Part shown: in pieces, positions 24,501 through 39,500 of the stretch | How the letters are laid out: each line of letters opens with the position of its first letter | How positions within the stretch are numbered: position 1 is the first letter of the stretch | DNA from: Callorhinchus milii | Lineage: Eukaryota | DNA: 64,000 nucleotides | Assembly: GCF_018977255.1 (NCBI RefSeq) | Contig: NW_024704743.1 | Location: 32,304,001-32,368,000, forward strand | Direction of reading: 5' to 3' | The notes under the pieces: model-generated | What the model was told of the DNA's origin: nothing | What the model saw: the letters and a program-made list of their open reading frames with translations, nothing else | Database searches by the model: none | Translations under genes and position numbers: made by a program

Positions 24501-27500
24501 TTTTTTTATAAGCTTTCAATGCTGAGATGTTGTCCCAAACGGACAACATTGTACTGAGAGGAGGTGCTCTCTTTGTCTGAGAACCATAAATAGATAACTC
24601 AGCTTGGCACGTCTGAGTTGGTTTGTTGACTTTGTGCTGTATCAGGTGGAGTGAAGTCACACGTAGGATTGAGATGTGGATCTCCGTTCAAGAGCTGAAT
24701 GAAATGGGAGAGTACACTGCAGTGGAACTGAATCAAGCAAAGGACGTCAACACAGGGGGTGTCTTCCAGCTGAGACAGGTACATATTATCGACTTAGACC
24801 TTGGTCTAACTGCCAAATTGCAGATTAATAGCCATTAAATTATTCATTACATTTCTCATGTGGTAATTTTACTTTTCTCTATTTAGTGTATCAGTGCGGG
24901 ACAGTAGAGAGCCCAGTGTGTGCATTAGCTGGGATGGGTCCATTTTAAATATGAAAAAGGACCATATACGCTGGCTGGAGAGTGATCAGGCGATGGGATT
25001 CTAGTCAATAATTTCCTTCCAATCTCCTCCTCCTTGCCATTGAGACCACTTATAGTGACTTCCTTTTGATTGGCTCCGGCCTCCTGCACTTTCAGTAACT
25101 ACGCTAGAAACTCTGGAACACTCTCCCCAATCCCTCCGTTTTACCCCCTCCTTACCCATCAGGTTGCACCTGAAGACCTTCCTCTTCAACCGTGCTTAAG
25201 GTCTTCCCCCCACCTCCCACCAGCCCCCCTAGCTCGGCTCCACCACGCTCAAGCACTCTGAGACACTACCATGCATGAGGGGCGCTATATAAATGCAAGT
25301 TATTGTTGTTGACTTCTGATTGAACAATGCCCTGAGCAAAGATGAGGGATCCAGTTGTACTTCCGTGTCGCACTGTGCAACTACCCATTGAACTGTCGAG
25401 TGGAAGAAGAGGGAGGAGAAAGTGGGTCTCCAGCTTGTGTTTTTTTTTTAATCATGTATCACAGTTCTTGCCTTTAAAAGCGTGGAGCTGAGATCCACAG
25501 CCATGTGTCTCAGCCTTTCGCTTCCTTGGTCCATTCCAACCTGTGATCCAGGCCCAGGATAAAAGCCCAGGAGTGGATCTGTTTACAGCCTTTACACCAG
25601 CCAAGCTCGGGCCTCCATCAGACCCCCTGTGCAGTGGCGTGATGACCCTCAGAGCCCTATTGATGGACCCAAAGTCTGTTATAATGTCATAGCCTCTATA
25701 GTGTGTTGTAGCTCAACATACTATAAAACTGAGATTCAGAATAAGCTGGTTCTTATGGCAGTAAACTCTAATGTGAACTTACAGAATAGTTAAAGCTTTC
25801 AATAGGACTAAATCTTTATACCCTCCAGATTTTCCATACACATCTTCCAAGTGAGATGCGTTCTAGAAGTCTACGGTTAAATGGTATCCATCTGGTTAGG
25901 ATTTTAACAGGAAATTTTGTTTGAGGTTAGCCTACATTGTTTTGCATTCCTTGGTTAGATTAAATCCAGTCTTTTCTGCTGTGCTCTTGTTCAGGGTCAC
26001 TCCCGCAGGATTCAGGTTGCAGTCAAACCTGTCCAGCACTCTGGGACGTTGCCACTTATGGTGGAAGCTATTCTAGCTGTCTCTGTGGGATGCATCACTG
26101 CTCGGTCCACTAAACTCCAGAGGCCCTTGGATAGTTACCAGGTAAGGGTCCTACCATTTATTGGAAATGGGTTTTGAGCTAAGAATTGCTGGAGTATCTC
26201 GTAAATCTGATGTTATTATCGCCTCCCAGGTTTGTATGAATTTTACTCGCTTTTGTAGCAATTCAACTTTGTTTTGGACCGATTTTTATTCAGAAAGGAT
26301 GTTATCCACTCAGAGGAATTTCAAAAGATTCAACTTTTTTCATCTTCTTTGACATTGTACATCCAAGGGTTGGTATGGGGGCACGATGATATTTAAAGTT
26401 TGCTTCCATTGGCTGAAGCTAAAACTATTACTTTTCACCAGTCAACTCACATTTTTGACAGGAATTAAACTCAATTTGGATGAAACAATCTAGTTGAATA
26501 GGACATTTCCCTCCTTTAACTCTTTACAACCTAAAAAATCCAGCTTCAATAACCACCCCACAGTAAGTTCTTTCAACAGTGGCTCAAAGACAGATGTGAT
26601 GGGCTCTGCAGTAGAAGAGAGAGCAGCTACAGTGGCTGATACTTTCCATCAGTTGGTTTGTATTTCAATTAGCCTATGTGTATTGGTCACTGAATCCATT
26701 TTCTACAAGAGCCTTCTGCGAATTTCAGGGGTGGGGGTTCCATCTTTTGCACTGGTGAATTATATCGAGCATTATTGTATCAAAATAATATTCAGAACTT
26801 TATGACACATGAGTGATGAAGTGCAGTGTTTTTCTTTTGATGTGTTTGCATGACAGTGTCTTTACTGAGTTTATTTTCTCCTACCAGAAAGAGGAGAAGG
26901 AGGATATGGATAGTTATCAGGTATCGTTTCTCCCATACGTTACATGGCATGAAGCACAGCATTGACCTCCACCAGCAACTGACTTGCAAATAGGCAATGG
27001 AGATGGAAAGTTTGGGTTTTAAAAGGCTACGGTGCCCCTCGTGCTTTTGAATTTACCATATTATACGATACTAATACTATCCTGGGGTGAATAACTATTG
27101 CAGGCTAAACATGTATGCTGAGTTCCGTGGAAACTCTGAGTGGTTCTCTTCATTTTGCATAGTGTCTGAAAGTTGTATTTGACTTATGCGACTTTATTTG
27201 ACTTATGTCACACAGTTTAATTTATGTTAAGGTTTTTATGGGAATTGTTGTAAATGATTCGTACCAAACGCTAAGCACATTTTCAGTGTTTACAGTGTTA
27301 ACAGCTGGTTAGGGTCCCTGTCAGATGAGGCGAGCATCATCCTAAGGTTTATAATTTCTTCTCATTCTGCGTGTCAGCTGGAATTGTAAGCTTTTGTGCT
27401 GCGCTCACTGCCTGTTCCTCCTCGATCGCCTGCTTGTCACCTTACCTTCAGAATGTAAAACCCTTCCTAATTTCCGGAAAAAACTAAGCTTTTTCTCAGC

Positions 27501-30500
27501 CCAATTCACACTTGGGTGTCCCATTTCACCAATGCAAGGTGAGAAGCAGAGTTCATGTATTTCCTCACGAAGCCTGAGGAAATCATTTGTTCTCCTCCTC
27601 TGCACCTCCTGGTGGTCAGACAGCAACACTGTCAATTATCAGAAACAGGTCACCGCTCACCCACTTAGTTATAATAATCCTTGCATTCGGTATGGTGCCG
27701 GGAGGATGTCTCGAAGTGCTTCACAAGATGTACTGTAAAGTGTTGCAAAGTGTATTAGTTAGGGAAACGCTTTCCTTTCTGTAGAAAAGGGGTTGTAATC
27801 AGAGGTTAGAAACGCTTGTAAATCTATTTTTGCTGCAAAGAGTTTGAATTGTCCAGGGTGGCGTAGACTGGAATTTGCTTTTATTCTCTGTTCCTGATGA
27901 AGTTGCAGAGAGCAAAAGTTGTTTCTCAAATGTTTCTTCTTAGAATAGATAGGAAAAAAACTTGCTCCATCTCCATTTCACCTATAAACACTAAAGCAGG
28001 GTTCGAAATACTACTTTGAGCAACAAAAAAGTCCAAGAGCTTCACAATAACTGAGCTTGAAAATGCCAGTGAAATCCAGCAGGACAAAGTGGTCACAATG
28101 GATAGTCGCTGTCCCTTGTAATTGACCGAGGCAAGAAAACCTGCACCCTTTAGTGACTTGGTGTGTTTCCACAGTGGATGTTTTGTTTGCTTATGTCTGT
28201 AAAGCATGAAACCATCCATTTGTACCATATTTTCAAACAAATTCCTATCGAAATAAAAGAAGAAACATGGATTTATTTAATCAGATTGATGGTGTAGAGC
28301 AAATTATATTTCCCATCATTGTGTGCAATACAGCATTATGACCACTTCTAATATCATGTTTAAATGTCCACACACATTACTGCACAAACCCCAGAAAGTA
28401 GTTACCATTAATGGTAAACATTGAGTATTTCGATTCCTGCAGTTTAGATGCATTTACTAACGTTCATGAGGGCTTTCAATATGCTACTTGCCACTGTGAT
28501 ATTGGGTATTAAAACTGCTTATGACTACCACTTGTTCCATGCTTATAGCACAAGTGCATGAAACCGCTGCATGGGTAATTCAAAGCAAGTGATCTGTCAC
28601 TGGTCTGTATCTTAACCATTTCAAACATTTTACAGACCTCAGTCTGTACTTGTTTCAAATCCGCAGGTGAGTTAAAGGACAATCAGCACTGAAGCAAATG
28701 GTTTCAATGAAGAAGTGCTGCGATACAGACACGTACAGACTTAGTGAAAGACTTTTTGAAAATTGAAGGAAACGTTCCTCCAATTGTGTGTGTGTTTTAA
28801 AGAGTAATGAGCATGAGTTCAAAGTGGATTTGGAGAAGTGTGTTTATTGGATCCATTCTAATGATGGAGAGTACATAATACAATGGATCCATTAATATGT
28901 ATGTTACAGCTGTAGACTGGACATCCTAGGATCTCAGTCCAAATTCCTTCCAAAGTTCGAAAATAAAACCATGACTGGGAAACAGAACAATAAGTGGTCC
29001 ATTGTAATTAACAGTGCAAGCTCTCGAATAGCACGTGGTGAAACTATTTAGTGGTTCTTCTTTCAGTACATTTTCTCTTTTGATGAAATGGACACTTGCA
29101 ATTGTAAATTGTCATTTATGCCTTCACCCTTGCAATTGCAATTGATCAGGAGGAAGATTTGAACGAGGTCCGAGAGAAATGGTCTGACGCATTGATGAAG
29201 CGTCGAGAATACTTAGATGAACAAATTCAGAAAGTCATAAAGAAACAAGGTATGCTTCAGTCCGTGCGCAGTGTGTGCTTGTTATGTAAAAAGATTTTCA
29301 GGTGTTGTGGAAGTAACTGCTGCAAAAGCATTTCAAACCCGTACAAGCTTTTAATGGCAGAAATTACGAATGGATACCCCAGCGACACTGAATTGCTCAT
29401 GATTTTAGGCTTAAAACTTAAGAATTTGGGAAATTTCTTAAATTCGATAGTAATATAGAAATTCGATAGGAGTGGAGTCCTGTAGCCCAGTGGTTAAAGC
29501 AATTGCCTTGTGAGCGAGAGACCTGGGTTCAATTCCCAGCAGGGCAAAACCTTAGGCAAGTTTCCTTACTCCACACGCCTAATAATAATCCCGCAAGAAA
29601 AAAAACAATAATAAATTGATCATTTCAATCTACGACTATTCGTGGGACACTGCTGTGCGCAATTGGCTGCCGCGTTTCGCCCACAAATATACAGTCAATT
29701 CACTTTACAGTACATTCTGTGAAGTGCTTTGAGACGTCTAGAAGACATGAAAAGCGCTATATCAAATGCAAGGATTACTTATTATTACTAATATGGATGC
29801 CTGTTTCCACATTGTTTTTCCTAATCTATTAGAAATCAGCTTTCAAATCAAACTTAAATAATTTCCAAACTCTTACTCATTTTAAGGCAAATGAGCCCAT
29901 GAGAAATGTTGAAATGTTTTGAAGCATCACAGCTGATGCCAACTCATAATCTTCCATGTAGAAAAAACCGAAGATGACGTAGAGCGGGAGGCACGGCTGG
30001 TGGAACAATGGGTCGGTCTGACCGAGGAGAGGAATGCTGTGCTTGTACCGGCTCCAAGCAGTGGAATCCCAGGAGCTCCTGCTGACTGGTTAGCAAAAAA
30101 AAACCGCTATCTTTTAATCTCTGTGTCAATCTCTCCACACAACACACCTGGGGAGAGTAAGCAGCTTGTTCAGGTGTTATGTCGCTCAACCATTGGGTGC
30201 GAGCACATCATTGGACTGAAATTCCTGTGAGCAGTAAGTGTAAGCATAGCAACATTCACAATGTTTGCTTCTGATGGGATATCCACACTGCAAATGCAAA
30301 TTGTCACTGTCTCTGCTCGCAATGCTGAAAGAAATGTCATCCTTCCCCTCACCTCTTCCTTTCTCTCTAGCCCTCTTCTCATCTTCTCTTCCCATTACCA
30401 ACCTTGATGCAATGTTTAATCCTTAGATTGCTAGCTGGTCTGTAGAAATTCAGCCACCCTGAGCTAACTGGTTTAAGCACGTTAAATATAATAGTAAGAT

Positions 30501-33500
30501 CAGCATGTGAAGTCCTGTAGCATATTGGTTAGAGCGCTTGCCTTGCAAGCGAGAGGAGCTGGATTCGATTCCCAAGCAGGGAGAAATGTTTGGCAAGTTT
30601 CCTTACTCCACCCATCTCTGCTTGCCTAGCAGTAAGTAGGAACCCAGTTGTTGGTGAATTGGTGGATCACTTTTTTGGGGGTAACAATCCCTTCAAAAAA
30701 ATAAATTAAATTTAAAAAATAATAATTTGGTCACTCAATCCACAATTGTTTGTGGGATACTGCTGTGTACATTTGGCTGCAGTTTTTCGCCAACAAAATA
30801 TACAGTTTACAGTATATTCTGTGAAGGGTTTTAAGACGTCTTGAAAAGATGATGAGGCACTTTATCAAATGCAAGTATTATTATTTTATCAAATGCAAGG
30901 ATTATTATTTATTATTTTGTAATATTAAGCTGAAACGACTAAGATGTTAAACGCAATTTAAAATGCAATATCATACTAATTTGATCATCCACACATTTAA
31001 TTCTATCCTATTTCCTATTCTCTTACTCTTTGTTAATGTTATTCTTTTCTATCTCAGTTCTAACTGTGCTAACCTTTCTATGATTTTTTGTTCGACATTT
31101 GACTTTCTTCTCTGGTTCCTTGCTCCATGAGTACTATTTTTTGCCAGATTGAAAAGCACAAACTTATAGGCTTCACTTGAACACATATGCATCTACGGCG
31201 CATCATACAGCCCAGATGTGGAAATCTGTTCAAACCAGGAAGCGCATTGGGCAACTGGTGAATAGTGTTTGAAAGGGTATGGGGCTGCTGCACTTTAAAG
31301 AGAATATTTGAAAGCAAATCATTGTCCTTACTTATTTCATTTGGTACCTTTGACCACCCTCCCAACCCCTTGCCCTCCTCCCCTTCTGACCCCAACTCTC
31401 AGCTCAGGTCCAAAACCCCTGGTTGTTCAGCGCCCTGGGACATCTTTCCGATGTAAAGGGTGCTACACAAGTGTAATTTGTTGTTGTTGTTCATAAGTTG
31501 GGCCAGGGAATACATTGCTTGTTCCTGTCAAAAAATAGTATTCTTTAATATGTATGCTTTCTTTACTTTTTTCCTGTATCTTGCAGGATACCACTGCCAG
31601 GAATGGAAGCTCACTTTCCAGTACTCTTCCTTGATTTAAATGGTAAGGTACTTTAAAACCTGTTTACCAGAAATCTTGTATCATCTATGTCATGTCTGCC
31701 CTAGTCAAAACATGCAGATTATTTTTCTGTAAAACCCCACTTTCAATATTGCATGCTTTGGACGACTTTCATTGCAAACTGCTCCTTTGCTTGTGTGAGA
31801 TTAGTATTGCTCTGATTCTGAATGAAGGTTAGGGACAAGAAAATCATCATTTTTGGTGGAATAATGAACAGTCAGTGGATGAAACAGGTCTGTATAGGTT
31901 TTTAGTTGCTTGGAGGTTTTAATGTATATTCAAAGCTTCATGAACTTATTGGTACTGAATCTCATGCATATCTAATTTATTTCACATATATATTTATCAT
32001 CTGTAATAGAATGACTGGTTAAACTATATGCAGTACACAATGAGTTAAATGTAGACATGTACCAACAGATGTTACCATTTGAGTAGTATATATTGCTTTA
32101 TTACCCCTATACATGGATCTTTAAACACTTTCATTTAATTGCACAGACTCCTTGCAAACTTGTGAGAAGAGGTAGCAACTGTTTGGCTTTAGGCCCTGAG
32201 AGCTCCTGTTACTGTCTCCAAAATAAACTCTTGAGGTTGGAACACCTCCAAAATGCATAGAGCGTATAGTCATTTGAACATGTTTACCACGACTTGTATT
32301 TATATAGCACCGTTCATGCAGGGTAATGTCTCTGTGTGCTTTACAAGAACAAGTAATTCTGCACACGAGTCAGAATTAATGTTTTATTTGTTTAGGGGAA
32401 GTGGAGAGAGGTTGAAGGGGGAATTTCCAGTGCATTTTACTGTTGAGGTCACAGGTTTGAAGGGATATGGGGACAGCGCGGGGCAGTGGATACTTGAATG
32501 AATACTTGATCTGAGAGTTGGCATAGACCCATAGGCCGAATGGCCTCCTTCTGCGCTATATCTATGATTGTAGGAGAGGAAAGAAATGTTATTGCATCTT
32601 TGAAGCAGTCATTTTTGAAATGAAGAAACATTTATTTTTCTTGCAAGTTTATTTTATTTCTCTTGTTACGAATCTTTTAGCCGATGATCTCAGTGCCAAT
32701 GAGCAGCTCACAGGTCCCCACGCACCAGGAGTGAACTCGATCTTACCAAAGGAACATGGCAGCCAGTTCTTCTATTTGCCCATCATCAAGCACAGTGAGG
32801 AGGAGGTACACAAATCTCTACTTGTATTTCATACTTCTCTCACTGACTTTCAAGAGACCGTAAAAAGTCCCTTAAGCACACATTTAATAATAATGTTTGG
32901 TATAGTGTCTTTCATGTTGCGAGGATGTCCCAAAGCACTTCACAAGATTTTACTGTGGAGTGACTGTGTATTTGTAGGGAAACATGGCACTCCAATTGCA
33001 TGCAGCAATGTTCCACAAATAGCCACAAAATTATTGATCTATTTTATCTGGGGGATTGTTGGCCAGGACACAGGGAGAAACTCCCTTCTCTTTTCGAATA
33101 GTAGCATGGAACCTGTAACATCCAACAACAACAACAACAAAATTACATTTATAGAGCGCCTTTCATGTCTGGAGGACGTCCCAAAGCGCTGAACTGTCAG
33201 GCGTCAGGGCCCGAGCTTGGGGGGGGGGGGTGTAGGGGTGAGGGGAGGCAGAGAGATGGGAGGGTGACCAAAGACACCATCAAAGAGAACATCCACTTGA
33301 ACAGGCAGATGGGACCCCAGTTTAACATTTCATCCGAACGATGGCATCTTCGACAATACAGCACACCGCAAGCATCGCATTGAACTGTCAGCTTAGACTG
33401 TATAAGTGCAAGTCCCACCATGGTCTTGAATCCTCATTGCCTGACTTGGAGGCGAGACTGCTACTAAATGAGCCAGTTTGACACACAAGTGTATGTTTGC

Positions 33501-36500
33501 GTGATATTGGCTGATACAGTGAGGTCCACCTATTGTTGTTGCTTCTTGGTATTATCCAATTCCCAGTTGTGGTGTTAATGAATTCGTACTTTGTTGTCAT
33601 TAGGAACCCTGTCATTAGTTGATTGTAAAATGGCTTTTCCGTGGGCAATAATCCCTTTAAAAAAATATTATTATAAATGGAGATTAACAACATATTTAGA
33701 GAAGTTTTCTCAAACTCTTATGTTTCCAACTGGCTGGAAAACTCCTTATTCTTTCCTTTACTCTCTTATTCACCCACAAAATATACAGTCAATTCTTGTT
33801 TCACCCCAAAAATAGTCAATTCACGTTACAGTATATTCTGTGAAGCACTTTGAGACATCTCAACGATATAAGGCGCTATATCAAATGCAAGGATTATTAT
33901 TTCACTTCTGTTACTTTGTTAGACTGAAGTCCTGCCACTGCCCACTTCATGTCCTGAATCAGCAGGTTTGGCAAAAGACTAAGTTTGAGTTCCAGTGTAA
34001 ATGATAAAGCTGTGAGCTTTGCTTTTAGAATTGTTTTATTGTAGATCTTCACTGGGAGAGAAAAGAATGCAAATACAAGATGGCCATTTTACATTTTTGT
34101 TTAAAATTTGTGGGGGGGAGGAGGCATGCCCTTTATATTTAGAATTGGAGGGTTCCAATTTTTTTTAAATGTTGACAGATAATATCAATTATCTTATCTC
34201 GATTTTATTCAGATTTGTTTAAATTTTAGTGATCGTATCGACTACACAAATGTACCCTCCTACTAACAGGATTTATCTTTTAGTGATGAATTTAAGAAGA
34301 AATTAAGACTCCCAATTAAACAACTCCAATAAATGGCTCCACTATTTTTCCCTCTTGCTGGGCTTCAGGTCTCGGCAGTTGCATCCTGGGACACCTCGGT
34401 CCACGATTCTGTGCATTTAAACAAAGTGACTCCGCAGAATGAGCGGGTTTATTTGATTGTAAAGAGTACAGTGCAGCTGAGCCACCCAGCTGCTGTGGAA
34501 CTAGTACTACGCAAGCGAATTGCTGTCAATGTTTACAACAAGCAGGTAGGAAATTCTGATGTGCAACTTATTTTGGTTTCTCACCAAATGAAATGGATCA
34601 TAACACTCTCAATCTGTCTTCCTATTTACATAGCCTTAACTTCATGGCGTTGTGGTGTTAACAATCAATATTTGACTCTTTTAAAAAAACTAGACTCAGA
34701 ATAAGTTTACACATTAGCATTTGTTCACCGTATAGCAAGGCCAAGATTTGGCCATACCTCGCTTGTGGGCCTCACTTTAAGACTTTGCAGCTTGGGATTT
34801 GTGAATCTCCAGCTTTGAATTTTGCAGCAAATTTCACCAGGAACGAAGGAAACCCACTTGGTGACTAACCTTATCTTCACTACTTCATGGTGTCAGTTAA
34901 CGAGCAATATTTGGAAGATTTTTTTTAATTCTTGAAGTCAATATTTGCCTAAGTTTTGAAAAAATATATACCCCAAATTATACCACTGTATGGTTTGTAA
35001 TCCGAGCAAAAAAAAGACATGGTTTATTGATTTCTAGAAAAAATTAAAATTAGTCGAATATGATCATTAACATTACCACAAAGTCATGAAGTTAAGACTA
35101 TGCAAATGGATACTTGCTAATGGTAAGACAGATGCAATGTAATTGAGACAACAGGTTAAAGTCAAAGTGTAAATGTAAAACTCAAACACAGTATAATTAC
35201 AGTGAATACATTTGAACCCTGATGATAAGTATATTAGTATATTAGTCATTTCAACCCTGACTTTTTCCTTAATGAACCCTCAATGTGTTTTTGGAAAGAA
35301 ACATGTTTTCACAGAATGAACTGGCGTTTTTGAGCGATGATCATTTTGGAAGTTTCAACAAACTCTGTTGAGGTGGTATTGAATTCCCTGTAGAAGCCTG
35401 CAGTGGAAAGGTTAAACTGGAATTAGACCATCTCTAATGAATGAATCTACTGTTATGGCTCTCAGTATTCTCTATTGGTGATATTTTTCCCTGTTACAAA
35501 ACCAAGCGATTCATTCAAATTATCTTTCCGAAAACTTATTTTGCAGAGTTTTACGCAGAGTTTGAAACGACGAATGTCCTACAAAAACATTCTGCATTCC
35601 TGTGGCGTTACATATGAAATAGTCTCAAACATACCGAAGGTAAATCACTGCCATTCTTATCTCTGCGAAAGCTGAGGCTGTGAGCTAACAAATGCTTTGT
35701 AGGGAGAAGAGGTTAGGCCAATGTAGGGTATTGAAGCTGAAGAAGGGAAATTTTATTCAGTCAGTGGCTCATCTGACCATGTAGTGATTATTTCTAATGT
35801 TAAGTGACTGACATGTTAAGTGACTGGATTCACCTCCGCAAGGTTAGAGAACGCCTGTTTTACTAGTGTTCATAAGTGATTGAATACTTTTTAACCTTTT
35901 AAAAACTATATGGGTGTCACGATGACCTCTGGGGGGTGACGGACCATAAAACATCACAACTAAGTACACTGCAGGTGTGATTCAATGTTCAATTGTCGCA
36001 CTGAAAAAAAATGTAAAATCTAGTAACATTTTATCAGGTGGGGATAAGTGGTGTAAATGTACACAGATTTATTGCAACGTTTTATTCTGATGAATCTGTG
36101 CACTCAAAACATGCAACATTGTCGATACCAGCATCTATATTATGCAGTTCCCAGGTGTGCTACACTCCCATTTGGAGTTCATAGTAAAGCTTTCTCTGTT
36201 CTGCCATACAAAATGTCTCAGTCCCAGTTACCAGAGAGGAACCTCCCCTACTATGCCCATGTGGTATTCCCAATTCCCACACCAGCTTTCCCATTGTCTG
36301 CCAAGTCCGATTCCCAATTGTGCACTCGACCCCCTCTTGTGATCTTGGGATGTGCGAGTTGTTGCTTTTTGTGCAAGGGGAGAGAAATATTAAGGGTGAA
36401 GATCTTACTCCGCTCCTCTGCAACCCCCTATCTCTCTGACCTCCTCTCTCCTCACAACAGTGCCCGTTGCCTTCGCTCCACTGAGACTTGCCTCCTCCTT

Positions 36501-39500
36501 GTCTCTGGAGTCCTCCGCTCCACCAGCAGCGGCCGTGCCTTCAGCCACTATGCCCCGAGGCTCTGGAACTCCCTTCCTCATTCCCTTCGCCTCGCCCCCT
36601 CTCTTTCCACTTTCAGGTCTTGGCTGAAGACCTTTCTTTTCGACCGTGCTTTTGGTCACCTTCCTCCCCCTCCTCCTAGCTCGTCCCCAGGATACATTAC
36701 TGTGAAGTGCTCTGAGATGCCGTCCGACGTGGAGGGCGCTATATAAATCCAAGTTGCCATTGTTGTTGTTGGGTGCAGTGCATTGAAATCCACTCCCCGA
36801 GCAACTTTGTTTTGACTTCACAACTAGTTGTATGCAGCTGAGTTTCAGCTGTTTTGTAATCTTGACTCTTCAATTCAGGCCTCAGAAGAGCCTGAGGATC
36901 GAGAGACCCTGGCATTAATGGCAGCAAAGGGTGAAATCGACAGCTCGGGCAATGGAGAAACCTACATTGAGAAATATACCAGAGGAGTGTTGGAGGTGGA
37001 GAACATCCTGAGCCTGGAGCGCCTCCGTCAGGTCAGAGTCTGACCAGTTAAATCCAGTTAATCTTCACTGCGGCTAAATGTAGTTGTAATAGTGTTGTTG
37101 TAAAACTGAGTCATTGGATCACCCCATCTTATATCTCCCAATGGAAACTCAATTGCATGTCACTTCACGTAGCTGGCAGGGGCCCTGAGCTAAAATACCA
37201 GCCCCAGCCCGAACTGGAATGATAACCAATTGTAGCCAGTCTGCTGTTGCATCTGACTGAGCCCAGCCAATTCATCAAAGACTCGGAATTCACGTTGCAA
37301 TCCTCTGGTTCGCAGGGCCGAGTACTGCACCAGTGGAGCCTTCACCCAGCAGATCATTAGCAGAATGACGTATCTAAAAAAAATCCAGGAATTGCAGTTA
37401 TTTTGATAGATGTTACAGTACAATTGTATTTGTAGAATAGAATCATAGAATCTTACAGCACAGAGGAGGCCATTTGGCCCATCGTGCCTGTGCCGGCTGT
37501 TTGAAAGAGCTACCCAATTAGTTCCACTCCTCCACTTTTTCCTTGTAAATTTTCAAGTGTATATCCAATTCCCTTTTGAAAGTTATTATTGAATCTTATT
37601 TTTATGTTATTTTTATTTTAATTTCTTATACTGCCTTTCTTCCCCTGCCCTTAGGTTTTCAGCTAGTTTGACAATCTGTTGGACCTTTGTGTCCAAAGTG
37701 TTCAACATCCGTGGGCCTGTTGGAGGACTTTGTTTGGCAGCTGCTGATTTTGTTTTCCATCTTTCTGTCTTAGGCAGTCACAGTCAAAGAAGCACTTTCA
37801 TCCAAAGGAAGGCATATGAAGAGGAGTATCAGCACACCTAACGTGCACCATGTAAGTACCAATTAATCTAAATCAGCTTCACAGTGCCTGCAGTGCACCA
37901 TTCTGTGTAAATAATATCAATATTTGCGGCAGATTGTGGCGTCACAAAAACAGACAAATATTGACATTTACAGATTTTTATTTAATGTTGGCAAGCCGAT
38001 GTGATTCTCATGGTGTCCCATTGGAATCCTCCAGGACTTCACACTGATTTTGGGGGTGATGGGAGTATTCTAGTGTAAAGCATGTTCAACTGTAATATCA
38101 CTAGTTTTGTTTGAATACGCAGCTGTGGAAGTCCTCTTAAATCATAGGGCTCCAGTGTAAACTACTTTATTGAATGAACTGCAGCTTTTTTTCCCCAAAC
38201 AAAGAGCAGGCTGTAAAAAAATATTTTTAAACTAAACTCCAGATTTAATTTTTTGGCATAGTTTTGAAGCAATTGTTCAAAAAAGGAAAGCAACTGTATA
38301 ACAACAACTGTTTAGTTAGAATAGTGAGCCTTTTAGTGATAAATTAGTTTTCAAAGTTTTACTGTTTATTCTGCCGTCCCAGAATTTTATATCTGATTTT
38401 TGCAATTAGCTCATCCTTGAAAATGATCAAGTCTACTCTATTGCTGTTACTATTGTCTTGAGCCAGTACTTTTAGCAATAAGTGGCTAAAGATTCTCTAC
38501 TTAAAGAACTGGTTCAAGATAATAGTACCTCCCAAATAAGAGCTGGCAGTAAATAGACCTGCTATTTTGCTGAATTGGGGATTTTAGTGACATAAGTTTC
38601 AGACTATAGAAAAATTAGCCCGAATAGTTAATTGCCCTCTTTACCGAGGTATGAAAACGATAAGATTCAACTGTGCTGGTGAAAGATGTAACTGGATATT
38701 GGATACAAATTTATTTTGATGGTCAATGCAAGCTCATTGAACCTAGGGTGAAAAACAATGTGTCAAACGTATAGCTGATTATCACTGGGGAGACAATGCA
38801 AAGAACAAGACCAAATTCAGAACTCTTGGTTTGTTTAGATGGTTTTCTGGTCAAGACTTGTTCATTGGGATCCAGTTATCTTTTTTCTTGATGTGGGTTT
38901 GCTGGAATTGGAATGTGCAGATGAATGTTAATGCCTTGATTTCAGTGCCCTTTCATATATATTTTACATATATATTTTACATATATATATTTTACATATA
39001 TTATATATCATCATAGAATCATACAGCACAAAAAGAGGCCATTTGGCCCATCGAGTCTGTGCCGGCTCTTTGAAAAGAGCAATGTAATGTCAATCCCACT
39101 CCCCAGCCCTTTCCCTATAACACTGCAAACCCGTCTTCCTCAAATACCGATCCACCGCGTTTTTAAAAGTTGTTATCGAATCGGCCTCCACCACACTTTC
39201 AGGCAATGCATTCCCGATACGAGCAATTCACTGCATGAAAAAATGTCTTCTCACCTTCCCTCTGCTTCTTTTAGAAACTGTTTTAAATCTGTGACCTCGA
39301 GTCACCGACACACCCACCAGTGAAAACAGTTTTTCCCTTTCTAACCTATCAAATCCCCTCATGATTTTGAAAACCTCTATTAAGTCTCCTTGTAACCTTC
39401 TTTGCTCCTATCTATTTCCTTCTCACTATTTGGTGGTCTATAGTATACTCCTACCAGCGTAACGGCTCCTTTTTTGTTCCTTAACTCTAACCAGATAGAC

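Noticed and set aside
36057..36746. 229-aa ORF
   Set aside because: Chance read-through of intron sequence into an L2 3' fragment.
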